Source: Candidatus Bathyarchaeota archaeon
Lineage (GTDB): Archaea > Thermoproteota > Bathyarchaeia > Bathyarchaeales > DTEX01
Direction of reading: 5' to 3'
DNA length: 64,000 nt
NCBI GenBank assembly: GCA_963714275.1
Contig: CAVQNT010000001.1
Span: 98,098 to 162,097 of the forward strand
Part shown: positions 1 through 10,841 of the stretch, piece by piece
Position numbering within the stretch: the stretch's first letter is position 1
How the letters are laid out: each line of letters begins with the position of its first letter
Made by a program: the position numbers and the translations under genes
Notes under the pieces: generated by a model
Database searches by the model: none
What the model saw: only the letters and a program-made list of their open reading frames with translations
Told to the model about the DNA's origin: nothing

Positions 1-87
1 TGATATGAGAAACAAACTATTTGAAGGGCGATTTAACATATTTACTAATCATGTTAGTATCGTGATCAATATACATGATGAAACCTA

Positions 88-105
88 AGAAAGGGTTTAA
101 ATATA
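88..105 (+). promoter_or_regulatory. Archaeal BRE/TATA promoter of the tusA-iscS operon
   Basis: Purine-rich AGAAAGGG followed by TTTAAATATA, about 20-30 nt upstream of the ORF start; GGTGA RBS at 126-130. Confidence 0.5.
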
Positions 106-123
106 ACGACGTTATATTTATTT

Positions 124-378
124 ATGGTGACTAATCTGTCTCCAAATATTAATCCCGATAGGACTTTAGATTGTTTCGGGCTTTATTGCCCAGAGCCTGT
201 ATTTAGAACGCGCGTGGAACTGGACAGAATGAGAGTAGGAGAGGTTTTAGAAGTAGTAACTGATGATCCTGCAGCTGAGGAGGATATAAAGAGTCTTATT
301 AAGCGGACTGAACATGAGCTACTAAAAATAAGTAAAGAAGGCGACGTCGTGCATTTTCTTATTAGAAAAGTAAAATGA
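124..378 (+). CDS. tusA: Sulfurtransferase TusA/SirA family
   Basis: LDCFGLYCPEP (CPxP) motif, DDPAA, 84 aa; true start may be CTG at 136. Confidence 0.9.
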   Translation: MVTNLSPNINPDRTLDCFGLYCPEPVFRTRVELDRMRVGEVLEVVTDDPAAEEDIKSLIKRTEHELLKISKEGDVVHFLIRKVK

Positions 379-390
379 AGGTGAAAGTAA

Positions 391-760
391 TTGAGCGAGA
401 AAAAGAAGATATTATACGTCGTAACGAGTGGTGTAGACACTCCTGAACGTACTTATGCTCCATTTATCCTTGCAACTACAGACTGTTGCAATGGGAATAG
501 ACGCCACAATATACTACCTAATAAAAGGAGTTACAGTTGTTAAGCAAGGAGAAGCGGAGAAAATTAAGCTGGGAAATTTTCCATCTTTAAAGCAGATAAT
601 GGATCAAGCAATAAAGGCTGGAGTAAAAATTGAGGTCTGTGAACAGAGTTGCATGCTTCTTGGGTTTGAAAGAGGAGATTTCGTGAAAGGTGCTGAAATA
701 GTAGGTGCAGCAACACTTAACGACCGAATTTTGGACGCGGATGCCGTCCTAAGTTTTTGA
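391..760 (+). CDS. DsrE/DsrF-like sulfur relay protein (one apparent frameshift)
   Basis: TTG at 391 gives MSEKKKILYVVTSGVDTPERTYAPFILATT; +1 shift at AGACT 480-484 joins ORF 455-760 (GVKIEVCEQS, GAATL). Confidence 0.85.
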
Positions 761-779
761 CCTTGAAAGGAGTTATACT

Positions 780-1957
780 GTGATGCGAAAAGTTTACATG
801 GATCACGCAGCTGGAAAGCCCGTTGATGAGCGTGTTCTTGAATCTATGAAGCCATATTTCAATCGAAACTATGGCAATCCCTCATCTATTCATTCTTTCG
901 GTAATGAAGCGAGAAATGCAATTAATGAAGCTCGTGGTAAGGTTGCAGGGTTTATTGGAGATGAGAAAGATGAAGAGGTTATATTCACTTCTGGTGGCAC
1001 GGAGAGCAATAATTTAGCCATAAAAGGCTTAGCTTACGCAAACAAGTCCAAAGGAAACCACATCATCGTCAGTTCAATTGAGCATATGTCCGTGATAAAC
1101 ACATGCAAATATCTCAGCAAGCAAGGTTTCGAGGTTACATTTCTTCCAGTTGATGAATATGGAATCTTAGACATTCAAGCCTTGCAAAGGGAGATCAAGG
1201 AGAAGACGATTCTAGTTTCAATAATGTATGCGAATGGTGAGATTGGAACGATAGAACCAATAAAAGAAATTGGGGAAATAGTTCATGATAAAGGCGCATA
1301 TTTTCATGTAGATGCCGTTGCTGCTGCAGGCCAGATGCCGATTAATGTCCAAGAAGAGAACATAGATTTACTTTCTCTTTCCTCAAATGATATTTACGGT
1401 CCTAGGGGAGTTGGTGCATTATATATTAAGGCTGGAACTCGAATTCAACCAATAATCCATGGCGGCGGACAAGAACGGGGGTTGCAGTCTGGAACCGAGA
1501 ACCTCCGGGAATAGTAGGTATGGGTGAGGCAGCGAAAATTGTTGGATCTGAAATGAAGATTGAGGCAGAAAGATTAATGAAGTTAAGAGATGGCTTTATC
1601 AAAGGAGTTTTAGAGAGTTCACCAGAATCCTATTTAAATGGTCATCCAACTAAAAGGTTGCCAAATAATGTCAATGTTAGATTTAGTGATATTGAAGGCG
1701 AATCTTTAGTATTAAGTCTGGACATGGAAGGCGTCGCCTGTTCTTCCGGATCGGCATGCACCTCTAAAACATTAGAACCTTCCCACGTTCTATTGGCAAT
1801 AGGTTTAAAACATGAGGAAGCGCATGGTTCGCTTCTCTTCACTCTGGGAAAGCAAAACACTGAGGAAGACGTAAACTACGTGTGCGGATTGCTACCAGGA
1901 ATAGTAAAAAGGTTGAGGAAGATGTCACCCTTGACCCCTAAGGAGTTGATAATGTAA
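780..1957 (+). CDS. iscS: Cysteine desulfurase IscS/NifS (frameshift near 1503)
   Basis: [42 protein letters not shown] catalytic Cys loop; two ORFs join. Confidence 0.95.
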
Positions 1958-2337
1958 TGTATAGCGAGAAGGTTTTGGATCACTTCCGGAATCCACGTAA
2001 CATGGGTGAAATTATAGATGCGGATGGCATTGGAACCGTTGGTAACCCAGTTTGTGGAGACTTAATGACTATCTACATAAAGGTGAAAGACGATCGAATT
2101 CAGGATGTTAAGTTTAAAACTTTTGGTTGTGGGGCAGCTATAGCAACAAGCAGCATGATAACGGAGTTGGCAAAAGGTAAAACGCTTGAAGAATCCATGA
2201 GAATAACAAGGGCTGACGTAGCCAATAACTTGGGAGGATTACCTCCTATAAAGATGCACTGCTCAAACTTAGCTGCTGATGGTTTACATGAAGCCATAAA
2301 GGATTACCTCAAAAGGAAAGAGGAGGTTAAAAAATGA
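1957..2337 (+). CDS. iscU: Fe-S cluster scaffold IscU/NifU
   Basis: HFRNPRNMG, NPVCGD, FGCGAAIA, LPPIKMHCS. Confidence 0.95.
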   Translation: MYSEKVLDHFRNPRNMGEIIDADGIGTVGNPVCGDLMTIYIKVKDDRIQDVKFKTFGCGAAIATSSMITELAKGKTLEESMRITRADVANNLGGLPPIKMHCSNLAADGLHEAIKDYLKRKEEVKK

Positions 2338-2492
2338 GGTTTATAAAATGCGAAGAATGCAACGCTGAAATCTCTGACGAGAAATGTTTGTTCGCTGAGT
2401 GTAAGAGAGTAATCAACGGGGAAGAATACTACTTCTGCTGTAAACATCATGCTGACCAGTTTGTCAGAAAGATTCAGAAAAAAACATTTTAA
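2334..2492 (+). CDS. 52-aa TRASH/YHS-like metal-binding peptide (absent from ORF track)
   Basis: ATGA overlap with the iscU stop; MRFIKCEECNAEISDEKCLFAECKRVINGEEYYFCCKHHADQFVRKIQKKTF; CxxC...YYFCC motif. Confidence 0.8.
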   Translation: MRFIKCEECNAEISDEKCLFAECKRVINGEEYYFCCKHHADQFVRKIQKKTF

Positions 2493-2548
2493 AAACACCT
2501 CTTTGAAATCTTTCTCAAGTGTATGTTGAATATTGGGGAGTTTAGCAT

Positions 2549-3470
2549 TTGGAGAACTTAAAAACCATCTCACTAGAAAGTAAAATCAGAGAGCTTAAGG
2601 AACAGAAAAATGCGATTATCTTGGCTCACAATTACCAAATAGGTGAAGTCCAAGAAATAGTCTGACTATGTCGGTGATTCCCTTGGTTTAAGTCAAAATG
2701 CTGCTAAAAGCGATGCAGAAGTGATAGTGTTCTGCGGTGTACACTTCATGGCTGAGACAGACTTCTATCCTATGTCCAGACAAAATTGTGTTGATGCCAG
2801 AAATAAGAGTCTGGATGTCCAATGGCTAACATGATCACGGCAGAAGCTCTCAGGGCTTTGAAGGATAAACATCCAGAAGCAACAGTAGTTTGCTACATTA
2901 ACACATCAGCAAAGGTTAAAGCAGAAAGTGACATCTGCTGCACCTCATCCAACGCGGTTAAGGTGGTAGAGTCACTATGTGCACCTGAAGTCATCTTCGT
3001 TCCAGATAAATATCTGGCACATTATGTTTCCACTAGAACTGAAAAGAAAATCATTCCTTGGAATGGTTTCTGCCCTACGCATGTAAAGATACTGCCAGAG
3101 CACATTCTAGAACAAAAAAGCTGACATCCAGAAGCAGAAGTAATTGTTCATCCAGAATGTATACCATCAGTTATTGCCTTGGCAGATGATGTGCTTTCAA
3201 CTGGAGGAATGTGCAGTTATGCACGAGTATCAAAGGCCTCTGAAATAATTGTAGGTACAGAAGTCGGAATACTACACAAGTTGCGAAAGGAGAACCCAAA
3301 TAAAAAATTTTATCCTGCTTCTGAGTCAGCAATTTGCCCAAATATGAAGTTAACAACATTAGAAAAAGTATTGTGGTCACTTCAAGACATGAAACATGAA
3401 ATTATTGTACCTCAAGAAACTCGACTTAAAGCTGAAAAAAACTGTTGAAAAAATGTTAGAAATTGGTTAG
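2549..3470 (+). CDS. nadA: Quinolinate synthase NadA (several apparent frameshifts and one in-frame stop)
   Basis: [47 protein letters not shown]; breaks at 2659, 2759, 2808, ~3120, ~3440. Confidence 0.92.
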
Positions 3471-3746
3471 TCAGAAGCAATCGATAGGCCATACCTGAAT
3501 CTATCTGTCCACATGCAAAAATGTTTCTTCGCCCCCATAATGACTGACAATATATTTCGGTGGACACTTCGGGTTAAAGACCTAGTTTGTATATCAGGTC
3601 CTAAGGATTATTTGTTTTATAATAGTCCTTTATGGGTAGGATAAAGCGCATCATCATATGGATTTCTTAAGAAGATATGAACACTGACTGCTTAACAGCA
3701 ATGAAAATATATGTAAAGTTCTCTGAAGACTAAGTTGAGTGTTAGA

Positions 3747-4697
3747 ATGAACGCCAAAGAGAATCCCCTCAGAGCGATTTACTACAACGAGCCAATGTAC
3801 GTTCCGAGGATGATTGAAGACGTTATAGTGAGCTTTCAGTTTGAGGGAAACTGTATGATGGAAGACTGGAAGGACAAATGGGGGGTTCAGTGGAAGATTG
3901 CACGTGAAGACATGGTTCCATTTCCCAAAGGTAATCCGTTACCAAACCTGGAGCACTTGGACGAATACGGTTCTCCTGATCCTGACGATTTAGAATTTAC
4001 AAATGCGAATAGGAAATTTTTGCTTAAAGTCGACAGAGACAGCCATCTGATTTATGGAACATTAACTTACTTCATGTTTGAAAGGGCTTGGGCTCTAATG
4101 GGCATGGATAATTTTCTGAAATCCTTCTTCACTCACCCAAAAGAAATGAAGATATTGCTGCATAGAATTGCTGATTTCAACATGCGTGTCTTTGAGCGCT
4201 ATCTTGAAGTCGGAGTAGACGGCTTCACTTTCTCTGAGGATTTGGGTCACCAACAAGGGCTGATGATCTCGCCTAAGCTTTTCAGAGAGTTTTTTGCCCC
4301 CGAATACAAACGGTGTTTCCAACAACTAGCAAAAGAGGGAAAAATCATTGACTTCCATTCCTGTGGCCGTGTTCAAGACATAGTCGAGGATCTAATCGAC
4401 GTCGGCGTGACTATTCTGAATCCGGTTCAAGCAAGAGCCAACAATTTAACCCTAGTGAAACAGAAATGCATGGGCAAAATGGCACTCAAGGGGGGAGTAG
4501 ACTCTCACCTTTTGATGTTGGGACCTATCCGGAATATCCGAGCAGAAGTCAAGAGGGTGATAAGAATACTTGCTCCCGGTGGAGGTTACATAATCGGTCC
4601 AGATCAATTCATGCCTTTCCCCCTAGAATATATTAAGGCTTTATGGACAACCGCTGAACAATATGGGAGGTATCCCTTAAAAATTGTCAATAATTAA
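3747..4697 (+). CDS. Uroporphyrinogen decarboxylase / MtaA-CmuA methyltransferase-like TIM barrel
   Basis: D.WGV.W, FERAWALMGMDNF, EDLG.Q.GLMISP, FHSCG, LNPVQ, APGGGYI. Confidence 0.85.
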   Translation: MNAKENPLRAIYYNEPMYVPRMIEDVIVSFQFEGNCMMEDWKDKWGVQWKIAREDMVPFPKGNPLPNLEHLDEYGSPDPDDLEFTNANRKFLLKVDRDSHLIYGTLTYFMFERAWALMGMDNFLKSFFTHPKEMKILLHRIADFNMRVFERYLEVGVDGFTFSEDLGHQQGLMISPKLFREFFAPEYKRCFQQLAKEGKIIDFHSCGRVQDIVEDLIDVGVTILNPVQARANNLTLVKQKCMGKMALKGGVDSHLLMLGPIRNIRAEVKRVIRILAPGGGYIIGPDQFMPFPLEYIKALWTTAEQYGRYPLKIVNN

Positions 4698-5044
4698 CAG
4701 ATAGATTCACTTAAACAGTCTATGAAATTAAAGTTATGAGGGATTTCTCTATCCATAATATAAACCATAGAATACCGTTGGGATTCTCATGATGTTTTTT
4801 TTTAGGTAATGATCCAGTTTCTGTTTTAGGCTAGCTGAGTTAAAATTGTTGAATACTAATTGTTCCAAGTCTTTAGATAGAGTAAATGTTTATATTAATT
4901 TTTTAAGCCTTAACATATAGCGACCATAGTAATTTATTCCCTACAGTTGTTGACTAGTTTTGTATTTTATCAAAATAGAGTAATAATAAGAAAAAGATTA
5001 TATTTTCATCCTTCGAACCTAATCTTTTACTCTTGGATTTGGGT

Positions 5045-5293
5045 TTATTTTTTAACTTTTTTAAATAGTTCTTTTAAGCCAGTCACCTTAAAAGCTAAAA
5101 CTCCAAGTATAAAAGTTACAACTGCTCCAATGAATAGAATAGCTAAGAAGAAATATCCCAGTATGCCGCCAGCTATGACCATCAGCCAGTTTTGTGTAAG
5201 AACCCCGGTCCATATGGCATTAAGTATCCACCAGAAGCAATAAACAAAAAAGTCTGTGCATACCCATAAGGCCAAACCTACAATTTTAGACAT
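5045..5293 (-). CDS. Small hypothetical membrane protein
   Basis: 82 aa, two hydrophobic segments, Lys-rich C-terminus, GGAAG RBS-like site. Confidence 0.55.
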   Translation of the reverse strand: MSKIVGLALWVCTDFFVYCFWWILNAIWTGVLTQNWLMVIAGGILGYFFLAILFIGAVVTFILGVLAFKVTGLKELFKKVKK

Positions 5294-5551
5294 CTACTAA
5301 CTTCCTTTCATCATCATTCTTAGCACCCTTATTACTGGAACGAGGTATAAATCAATGTATAGATGGATATGCAATAACTGATATAAGTCTGTTTGATTGA
5401 ACATACGCCTATAACTGTGGTCATTGGAAATATGCTTTTCTTCTAATAGGTTTCAAATTTGTGTTTACTATTCATAATTTTTATATTAATGAAGAACTAT
5501 CGGAAATCGAAAAATTACCGCGCGAACAATTTTATTATGTAGGTTAAAAAA

Positions 5552-6481
5552 GTGGCAGCTTTGACTGGACGTAAAAAAAATCTGGGTATAATTTCGTTAT
5601 TTTTCCTCATCACCTTGTTTTCACTTACAACCATATCGGTTTATGAATCACGTGCTTCCATCTCTCCCGCGTTAATTGATGTGGAAGGATTCCGCTGGAC
5701 TAAATTTCCCTTGAAAATTTTAGTAGACATGAATCAGTGGAGTACTCCTAATTATGCATATGCAGTGCATGAAGCAGTTGACATGTGGTTGATGAGCATC
5801 CGAACCTACAGCAGTTCATATAACGACACGACATTGATAATTATGGATTTTACATTTTACGTTAGTAACATCAATGCAACAACCGATTATGACATATTCA
5901 TAACTTTCACTGCAAATGAGATTTCTCACGAAGTGATTGGTCAAACATCCTATCAATGGAACCCTATTTCTCACGAAACTCGGTTGCCAGTAATCATCAA
6001 CTTAACAACATATTCACAGACCGCAAATTACCTATTCATAAAGAATGTGGCAATGCATGAATTTGGTCATGCGCTAGGATTAGGACATACATCTTCCCAA
6101 GTCACGGAGAATGGACCTGAACTAATGTATTTCACAACATATATTGACCGTGTAATTTACCCGTCAACCCTAGACCTGTATGGGCTAATCATGGTTTATA
6201 AGGGCAATTTCGAACAGTCCGTACAATTGCCAGCTAACATTCCCTACAAGATGGTGCAACCTGCAGTAGATGTTCCAAGCAATCCGATACCTTTTCCCAC
6301 GCAATCTATCCCAGGCGACCTTTTTGTTTCAACAATCAATGAAATTTTTATGGTCATAGAACAAGCTTGGCAAACTAAAGGAACAACCCTAATCATTTTA
6401 ATCGTTTATTTGTGTTTATTCATCATTGTGAAAACAATAGACAGAAAAATTCAGCCTTCAGATAAAACAATCACATATTAA
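5552..6481 (+). CDS. Matrixin (M10-like metzincin) metalloprotease, secreted and membrane-anchored
   Basis: HEFGHALGLGH zinc motif, Met-turn ELMY, N-terminal signal peptide, C-terminal TM helix. Confidence 0.88.
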   Translation: MAALTGRKKNLGIISLFFLITLFSLTTISVYESRASISPALIDVEGFRWTKFPLKILVDMNQWSTPNYAYAVHEAVDMWLMSIRTYSSSYNDTTLIIMDFTFYVSNINATTDYDIFITFTANEISHEVIGQTSYQWNPISHETRLPVIINLTTYSQTANYLFIKNVAMHEFGHALGLGHTSSQVTENGPELMYFTTYIDRVIYPSTLDLYGLIMVYKGNFEQSVQLPANIPYKMVQPAVDVPSNPIPFPTQSIPGDLFVSTINEIFMVIEQAWQTKGTTLIILIVYLCLFIIVKTIDRKIQPSDKTITY

Positions 6482-6761
6482 CAAGGTTTCAAGTGTCTAG
6501 TTATCTAATTCTCAATAAATTAATCCTTACCCACATAAACTTTGCAATAGATTAATCGATGTTAACCTTGAGCCCTTTGAAATTCCAAATCAAAACATTC
6601 ACAGCTAATTAACATGGTATCTGAAGTGAACGGTGTTGATTCAAAGACTAATAGGCTTCCGTTCAAACTTATTCCATAAAGATCATGATTGCTATTTAAT
6701 ATTGCTCCCATTATCCTTACATCTCCATTTACAGTGCAGCTACTACAACGGATCTTAAGTT

Positions 6762-7605
6762 TCAAGGTCCTTGATAATCCTGCTTCTTCAAGAAATCTCC
6801 ATATTCTGTTCCTTTGACATTCCTAGGCTTAGCTTGGAGTTCAATTGTGATTAGTGCTTCTGCATCGTGTCCGTAGGGTCCTCTGGCTAATACTTTTCCG
6901 TAAGGGTCTACTGTAAGTGAACATCCGATAACTTTCCTTCCCTTCCAAGGACCAGCTTCTATCCATCCAACATTACTTACACCGACAAGTAGTGATCCCA
7001 TATAGTTTGCATAAAACTGAGTAGGCTGTTTCCCATTCTTTTCCGTAAGGATCTTTCAAGTCATCGTGGTCAGCGTCAACAGCCCACGCTGAAGGAGAGA
7101 AAATGAAGTGTGCCCCCATTCTGGCTTGAACATGACCGATGGTAAGTGAACTTTTAAAGTTATCAGCGCAGATGTTGACGCCTATTGTTCCCAGCTCCGT
7201 CTCAACTACGGAGAGAACATTACCTATACTGTAAAGGTCATGAGCTATGCTTAATTCATTTATCTTTCTGTGTTTAAGGAGGATCCTTCCAGACTTGTCT
7301 ATTAAGATGGCTGAGTTGTATACACGGTTCCCTTCACGTTCTGTTATCCCCGCCACAACCATTATCCCATTACTCTTCGCAGCTTCACAAAGCCGATCAG
7401 AAGTTTCGCCGGGAATCTCTTTGGCTAATTGCCGTGCACTTGGATGAGTCCATCCTAGGTCTAGGCATTCAGGTAAAACAACAACTTGACATCTCTCGTG
7501 AGACGCTCCGGTAATCATGTCCTCTGCACGTTTCAGATTAGCCTCTACCTTGCCTCCTTCAACAAGCATCTGACCCATTGCAAGCTTAAATTTTGGGAAA
7601 GACAA
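6762..7605 (-). CDS. Carbon-nitrogen hydrolase (nitrilase family), frameshift near 6990
   Basis: LPEC (Glu), HRKINE (Lys), NICAD (Cys) triad; C-terminus continues in ORF 6762-7001. Confidence 0.9.
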
Positions 7606-7821
7606 GATGAAACTTCCCTAGCATAAATGCTTAAAGTTAACGAGAACTGACCACGGATTACGTTTAAGAAACATTTTTGTATATAAATCTTGATGGATGG
7701 AGCCAGTTTAATTAAAATGTCTCATTTAGAGCTTATTAGAAGTGCAGGAACATGTATCCTCAAAATGAAACTAGGAAGCTGATTTTAGTGAGTCTTATGA
7801 TGATTGCTTGTCGAAAGTATT

Positions 7822-8295
7822 TTATTTTTTTTCCATGTAGGAGGTTGTTTTCTGATATAGTTTCTGGAAGTGTTCGCCAAATGTCTTATCGCTTCTTTCT
7901 TTCCTCATATCAAGTATCCATGGTTCTAGCTTTTTCCAGTCTGAGATTATGTATGCGCCCAAACGATCAGTTATTACATCGATATCAACAAAATTCTTGT
8001 TCACCATAAAGCCAACCTCCTCGAAGAAGGCTTCGACCTGAAATAAATAATCGCTTACTTCGGAATCCTTTTCCAATGCAACTTTTTTACTTTTGTAATT
8101 TTCAAACTGAAATTCGTTTTCAACCCATTTTAAGGCTTTTCGAAGCCTATCTGTCTCTGCCCATTCAAACAGCTTCATCGTAATCTCAAGGTCTTTATGC
8201 TTATCCATGCGTCTAAGCTCTAGAAGAACAAGAATCGCAGCTAAGACACCTGCTAACGAGGTGAGAACAGCTGACCATTCGATCAAAGCTACCAT
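7822..8295 (-). CDS. DUF4760-like protein with N-terminal TM helix
   Basis: TM helix then FFEEVGFMV...WKKLEPWI..R....FGEHFQKL pattern. Confidence 0.65.
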   Translation of the reverse strand: MVALIEWSAVLTSLAGVLAAILVLLELRRMDKHKDLEITMKLFEWAETDRLRKALKWVENEFQFENYKSKKVALEKDSEVSDYLFQVEAFFEEVGFMVNKNFVDIDVITDRLGAYIISDWKKLEPWILDMRKERSDKTFGEHFQKLYQKTTSYMEKK

Positions 8296-8322
8296 AATGA
8301 TCTACAACTAAAACCTGCCAAT

Positions 8323-9123
8323 TTATTGTTTCTCTATTAAGTTCTTGAAGCCAACTAGCTGTATACCTTTTTGTTTTATCATTTCTTTGACTTCTGGGTT
8401 TGTTAAGGCATCTGTGTTTCCTTGCCTTTGACTCGCTACCGGTGAAAAGTCCATGGCTCTCATTTCTGATGTGTCTAAACCCGGATGTAAGATCGTCATC
8501 CATAATCCTGGCTTTAAACCTTTAACGACGTCAAGTAAAGCCTTCGGTCTATCATTAGGGTCTCTCTGCCGTGTCCAGTCTTCACTCACAGACTCTATTG
8601 AACCAGCCCATTGAATCCCGAACTTTTTACCCAAATCACCAGACAGCGGTATCTTGAACTCTCTTGAAATCTTTTCAACTGCCTTTTTCATTTCAAGCAT
8701 GATGCTGGCTGTGCCCATGTGGGTGTCCAGGTATGTCACGTTAATTCCTTTATCAAGGGCAAGCTGAACCTGAGCCCTTAACTCCTTTTCCGCTTCATCC
8801 ACCTTTGGCTTAACTTCTAGAAACTCTTGGTTTGTCCTGTAGAAGTACCCATCTCGGTCTACAAGGGTAGGAACCTTCGATATTGGCAATACAGGTCTCC
8901 AACGATAAGGGTACCATTCAGCGCAGAGGTCCAAGTGAACCCCGACCTGCATCTCTGGGTTTTCTTTGCAGAGGTGGGCAGACTCTGTGAACCATGGTGG
9001 GGGAACAAGGAGAGAGGTTTGGGTCATAATGCCTTCTTTAAAACATTTTATAACAGCTTCGTTCACAGCGTGGCACATGCCAAAATCGTCTCCCTCCACG
9101 ATCAGCCTAATCTCTTCAGACAA
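8323..9123 (-). CDS. YdjC/ChbG family carbohydrate deacetylase
   Basis: LIVEGDDFG, VGVHLDL, YLDTHMG, HPG motifs. Confidence 0.9.
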   Translation of the reverse strand: MSEEIRLIVEGDDFGMCHAVNEAVIKCFKEGIMTQTSLLVPPPWFTESAHLCKENPEMQVGVHLDLCAEWYPYRWRPVLPISKVPTLVDRDGYFYRTNQEFLEVKPKVDEAEKELRAQVQLALDKGINVTYLDTHMGTASIMLEMKKAVEKISREFKIPLSGDLGKKFGIQWAGSIESVSEDWTRQRDPNDRPKALLDVVKGLKPGLWMTILHPGLDTSEMRAMDFSPVASQRQGNTDALTNPEVKEMIKQKGIQLVGFKNLIEKQ

Positions 9124-9198
9124 AGCCGTTCACCATCCACACTTTAAGTTGGTTAACATTTAAGCCTTCTATAAACTTGATGAACTTGTAAACGCAAT

Positions 9199-9765
9199 CT
9201 ATTTTTGAAGTTGTTTCTGTATTTGCCAAGATTTTAAATAATCTGAGGGGTCAAATCGGCACATTCTGATTATTTTTGTATCTTTGTCAAGTTCTACCCG
9301 AAAATCTGGTTCTATGAAGAGGGCACCTATCTCGTTGTCCTCAAGTGTTTCATCTATTCGTTTTGAGATGTACCTAATGCGGTCTTCAAGATTTTGCTGA
9401 AAAAGTTCATAAACAACAGTGTTCGATTGTTGACTTTTAAGCATTTTAGCCCAAGATTCAGATTCGCCTACTAATAATGGCTCTTCTGTGGCTATGAAAT
9501 TTGCTCCGTTCTCAACAAGAACTTTAACAATCTTGTAGTTTTCGCTGTCCATTAAGTGGAGTTGGTACAATGCTTCTTCTCCCGCTTTACAAACGCGGTC
9601 TCTGTAGATTCTATTTATCTTTCCACTAAACATTGTAAGCCTTTCATTTACGTAAACCCAAAATTCATCAGTTTTCTGCTTGAAATCGCTAGGAAGAGAA
9701 GCAGAGAGATTCTTGAATTCGGTTTCAGTGTACATTCTAGGTACTAAGAAAAGCGTTTTTGCCAT
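9199..9765 (-). CDS. Conserved hypothetical protein
   Basis: 188-aa ORF with ATG start; TEEP.L and R..YI.KRIDETL...E.G.LFI pattern. Confidence 0.7.
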   Translation of the reverse strand: MAKTLFLVPRMYTETEFKNLSASLPSDFKQKTDEFWVYVNERLTMFSGKINRIYRDRVCKAGEEALYQLHLMDSENYKIVKVLVENGANFIATEEPLLVGESESWAKMLKSQQSNTVVYELFQQNLEDRIRYISKRIDETLEDNEIGALFIEPDFRVELDKDTKIIRMCRFDPSDYLKSWQIQKQLQK

Positions 9766-9982
9766 GATATCATTCTTTAACTAATTTAGAAAGATAAAAT
9801 TAAACATTATGTTGCGGGGACGGATGGTATTTAGTAGTAAACAAACCAGCTTGACCCAATAACTTCTCAACTGGAAAATTTAAGTCGCAATTCGACTACA
9901 ATTTATTAAATAGAGGTATTTACCATATTGTTTCGTCATTGCAGATTTAAACTTAAAAAAATGCTTACCAGATGTAAATGCT

Positions 9983-10624
9983 TTGGCTGAAGGCTGTAGA
10001 CCCTCTAAGAAGATCACTGGCAGATCCGGTCCTCCTCCGGGATATCCTAAGGATCAGAACAAGTATGCTGACCCAGAAAATTGGAAGTATCCAGTACATA
10101 CGCCACATCATGCAGTAGCAGCAAGAAGATACTTCAATAAAGAACGCAATAGAGATGCATACGAACCTGAAGAGCAGTTTTATATTGATTCAAGAATAAA
10201 CGAAGCTTTAAAAACGTTCGGAATAGAACCAAAATTCATTTCTAGTACACGAAATGCGATTGCTGCTCGCGGGTTAACCGAGGAGAAGCCTCCGTCAGAT
10301 GTTCAGACTGCATCACTTGAGGAGTACCTTGAGTTCCTTCTCGGAAAGCCTCGACTAAAAAGGGCTAGAGCCATAAAGGACAATGAGCTGACCATCCATA
10401 AGAATGATGATGAACAGCTTGTGGCAAGAGTCCGAGACTACTCAGTAACTATAGACTTCAGGAACAAAGTAGTAGCTCATGACTGTGCGGACTGGAACAG
10501 AAGAAAAACTGGTAAGAAACTTTGCAAACACCTTGGTAAAATTATGCTTACGATGGAGGAGGATAAAGCTGCACTTTTCCTTAGAAATCTAATTGTGAAC
10601 CTTGACTCGTGGCGTTTTACTTAA
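9983..10624 (+). CDS. DUF6582-like domain fused to a SWIM-type zinc finger
   Basis: YADPENWKYPVHTPHHAVAARRYF N-domain; C-terminal HDC.DW......LCKH. Confidence 0.7.
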   Translation: MAEGCRPSKKITGRSGPPPGYPKDQNKYADPENWKYPVHTPHHAVAARRYFNKERNRDAYEPEEQFYIDSRINEALKTFGIEPKFISSTRNAIAARGLTEEKPPSDVQTASLEEYLEFLLGKPRLKRARAIKDNELTIHKNDDEQLVARVRDYSVTIDFRNKVVAHDCADWNRRKTGKKLCKHLGKIMLTMEEDKAALFLRNLIVNLDSWRFT

Positions 10625-10841
10625 CCTTAACTGCTATTTAGTTTAATGTTTTTGATGTCTTTAATGAAATTATGATTTCGTTTTCAGGTTGAATACTCCA
10701 TCTGAAAAAACAATATTCTGCTTATTATAAAGCAAAGCATTACGGAAAATATATGTAAAAAGGCTGTTTTTTTGGTTTTTTGCCTTTATATTATAAATTT
10801 GGTTATGCGTTTGTTATAAATAAGTGAAACGATGGAGTTAA

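Noticed and set aside
3593-3657. Possible minus-strand C/D box sRNA (ATGATGA...CTGA)
   Set aside because: Internal C'/D' boxes are absent; compatible with chance in degraded intergenic DNA.
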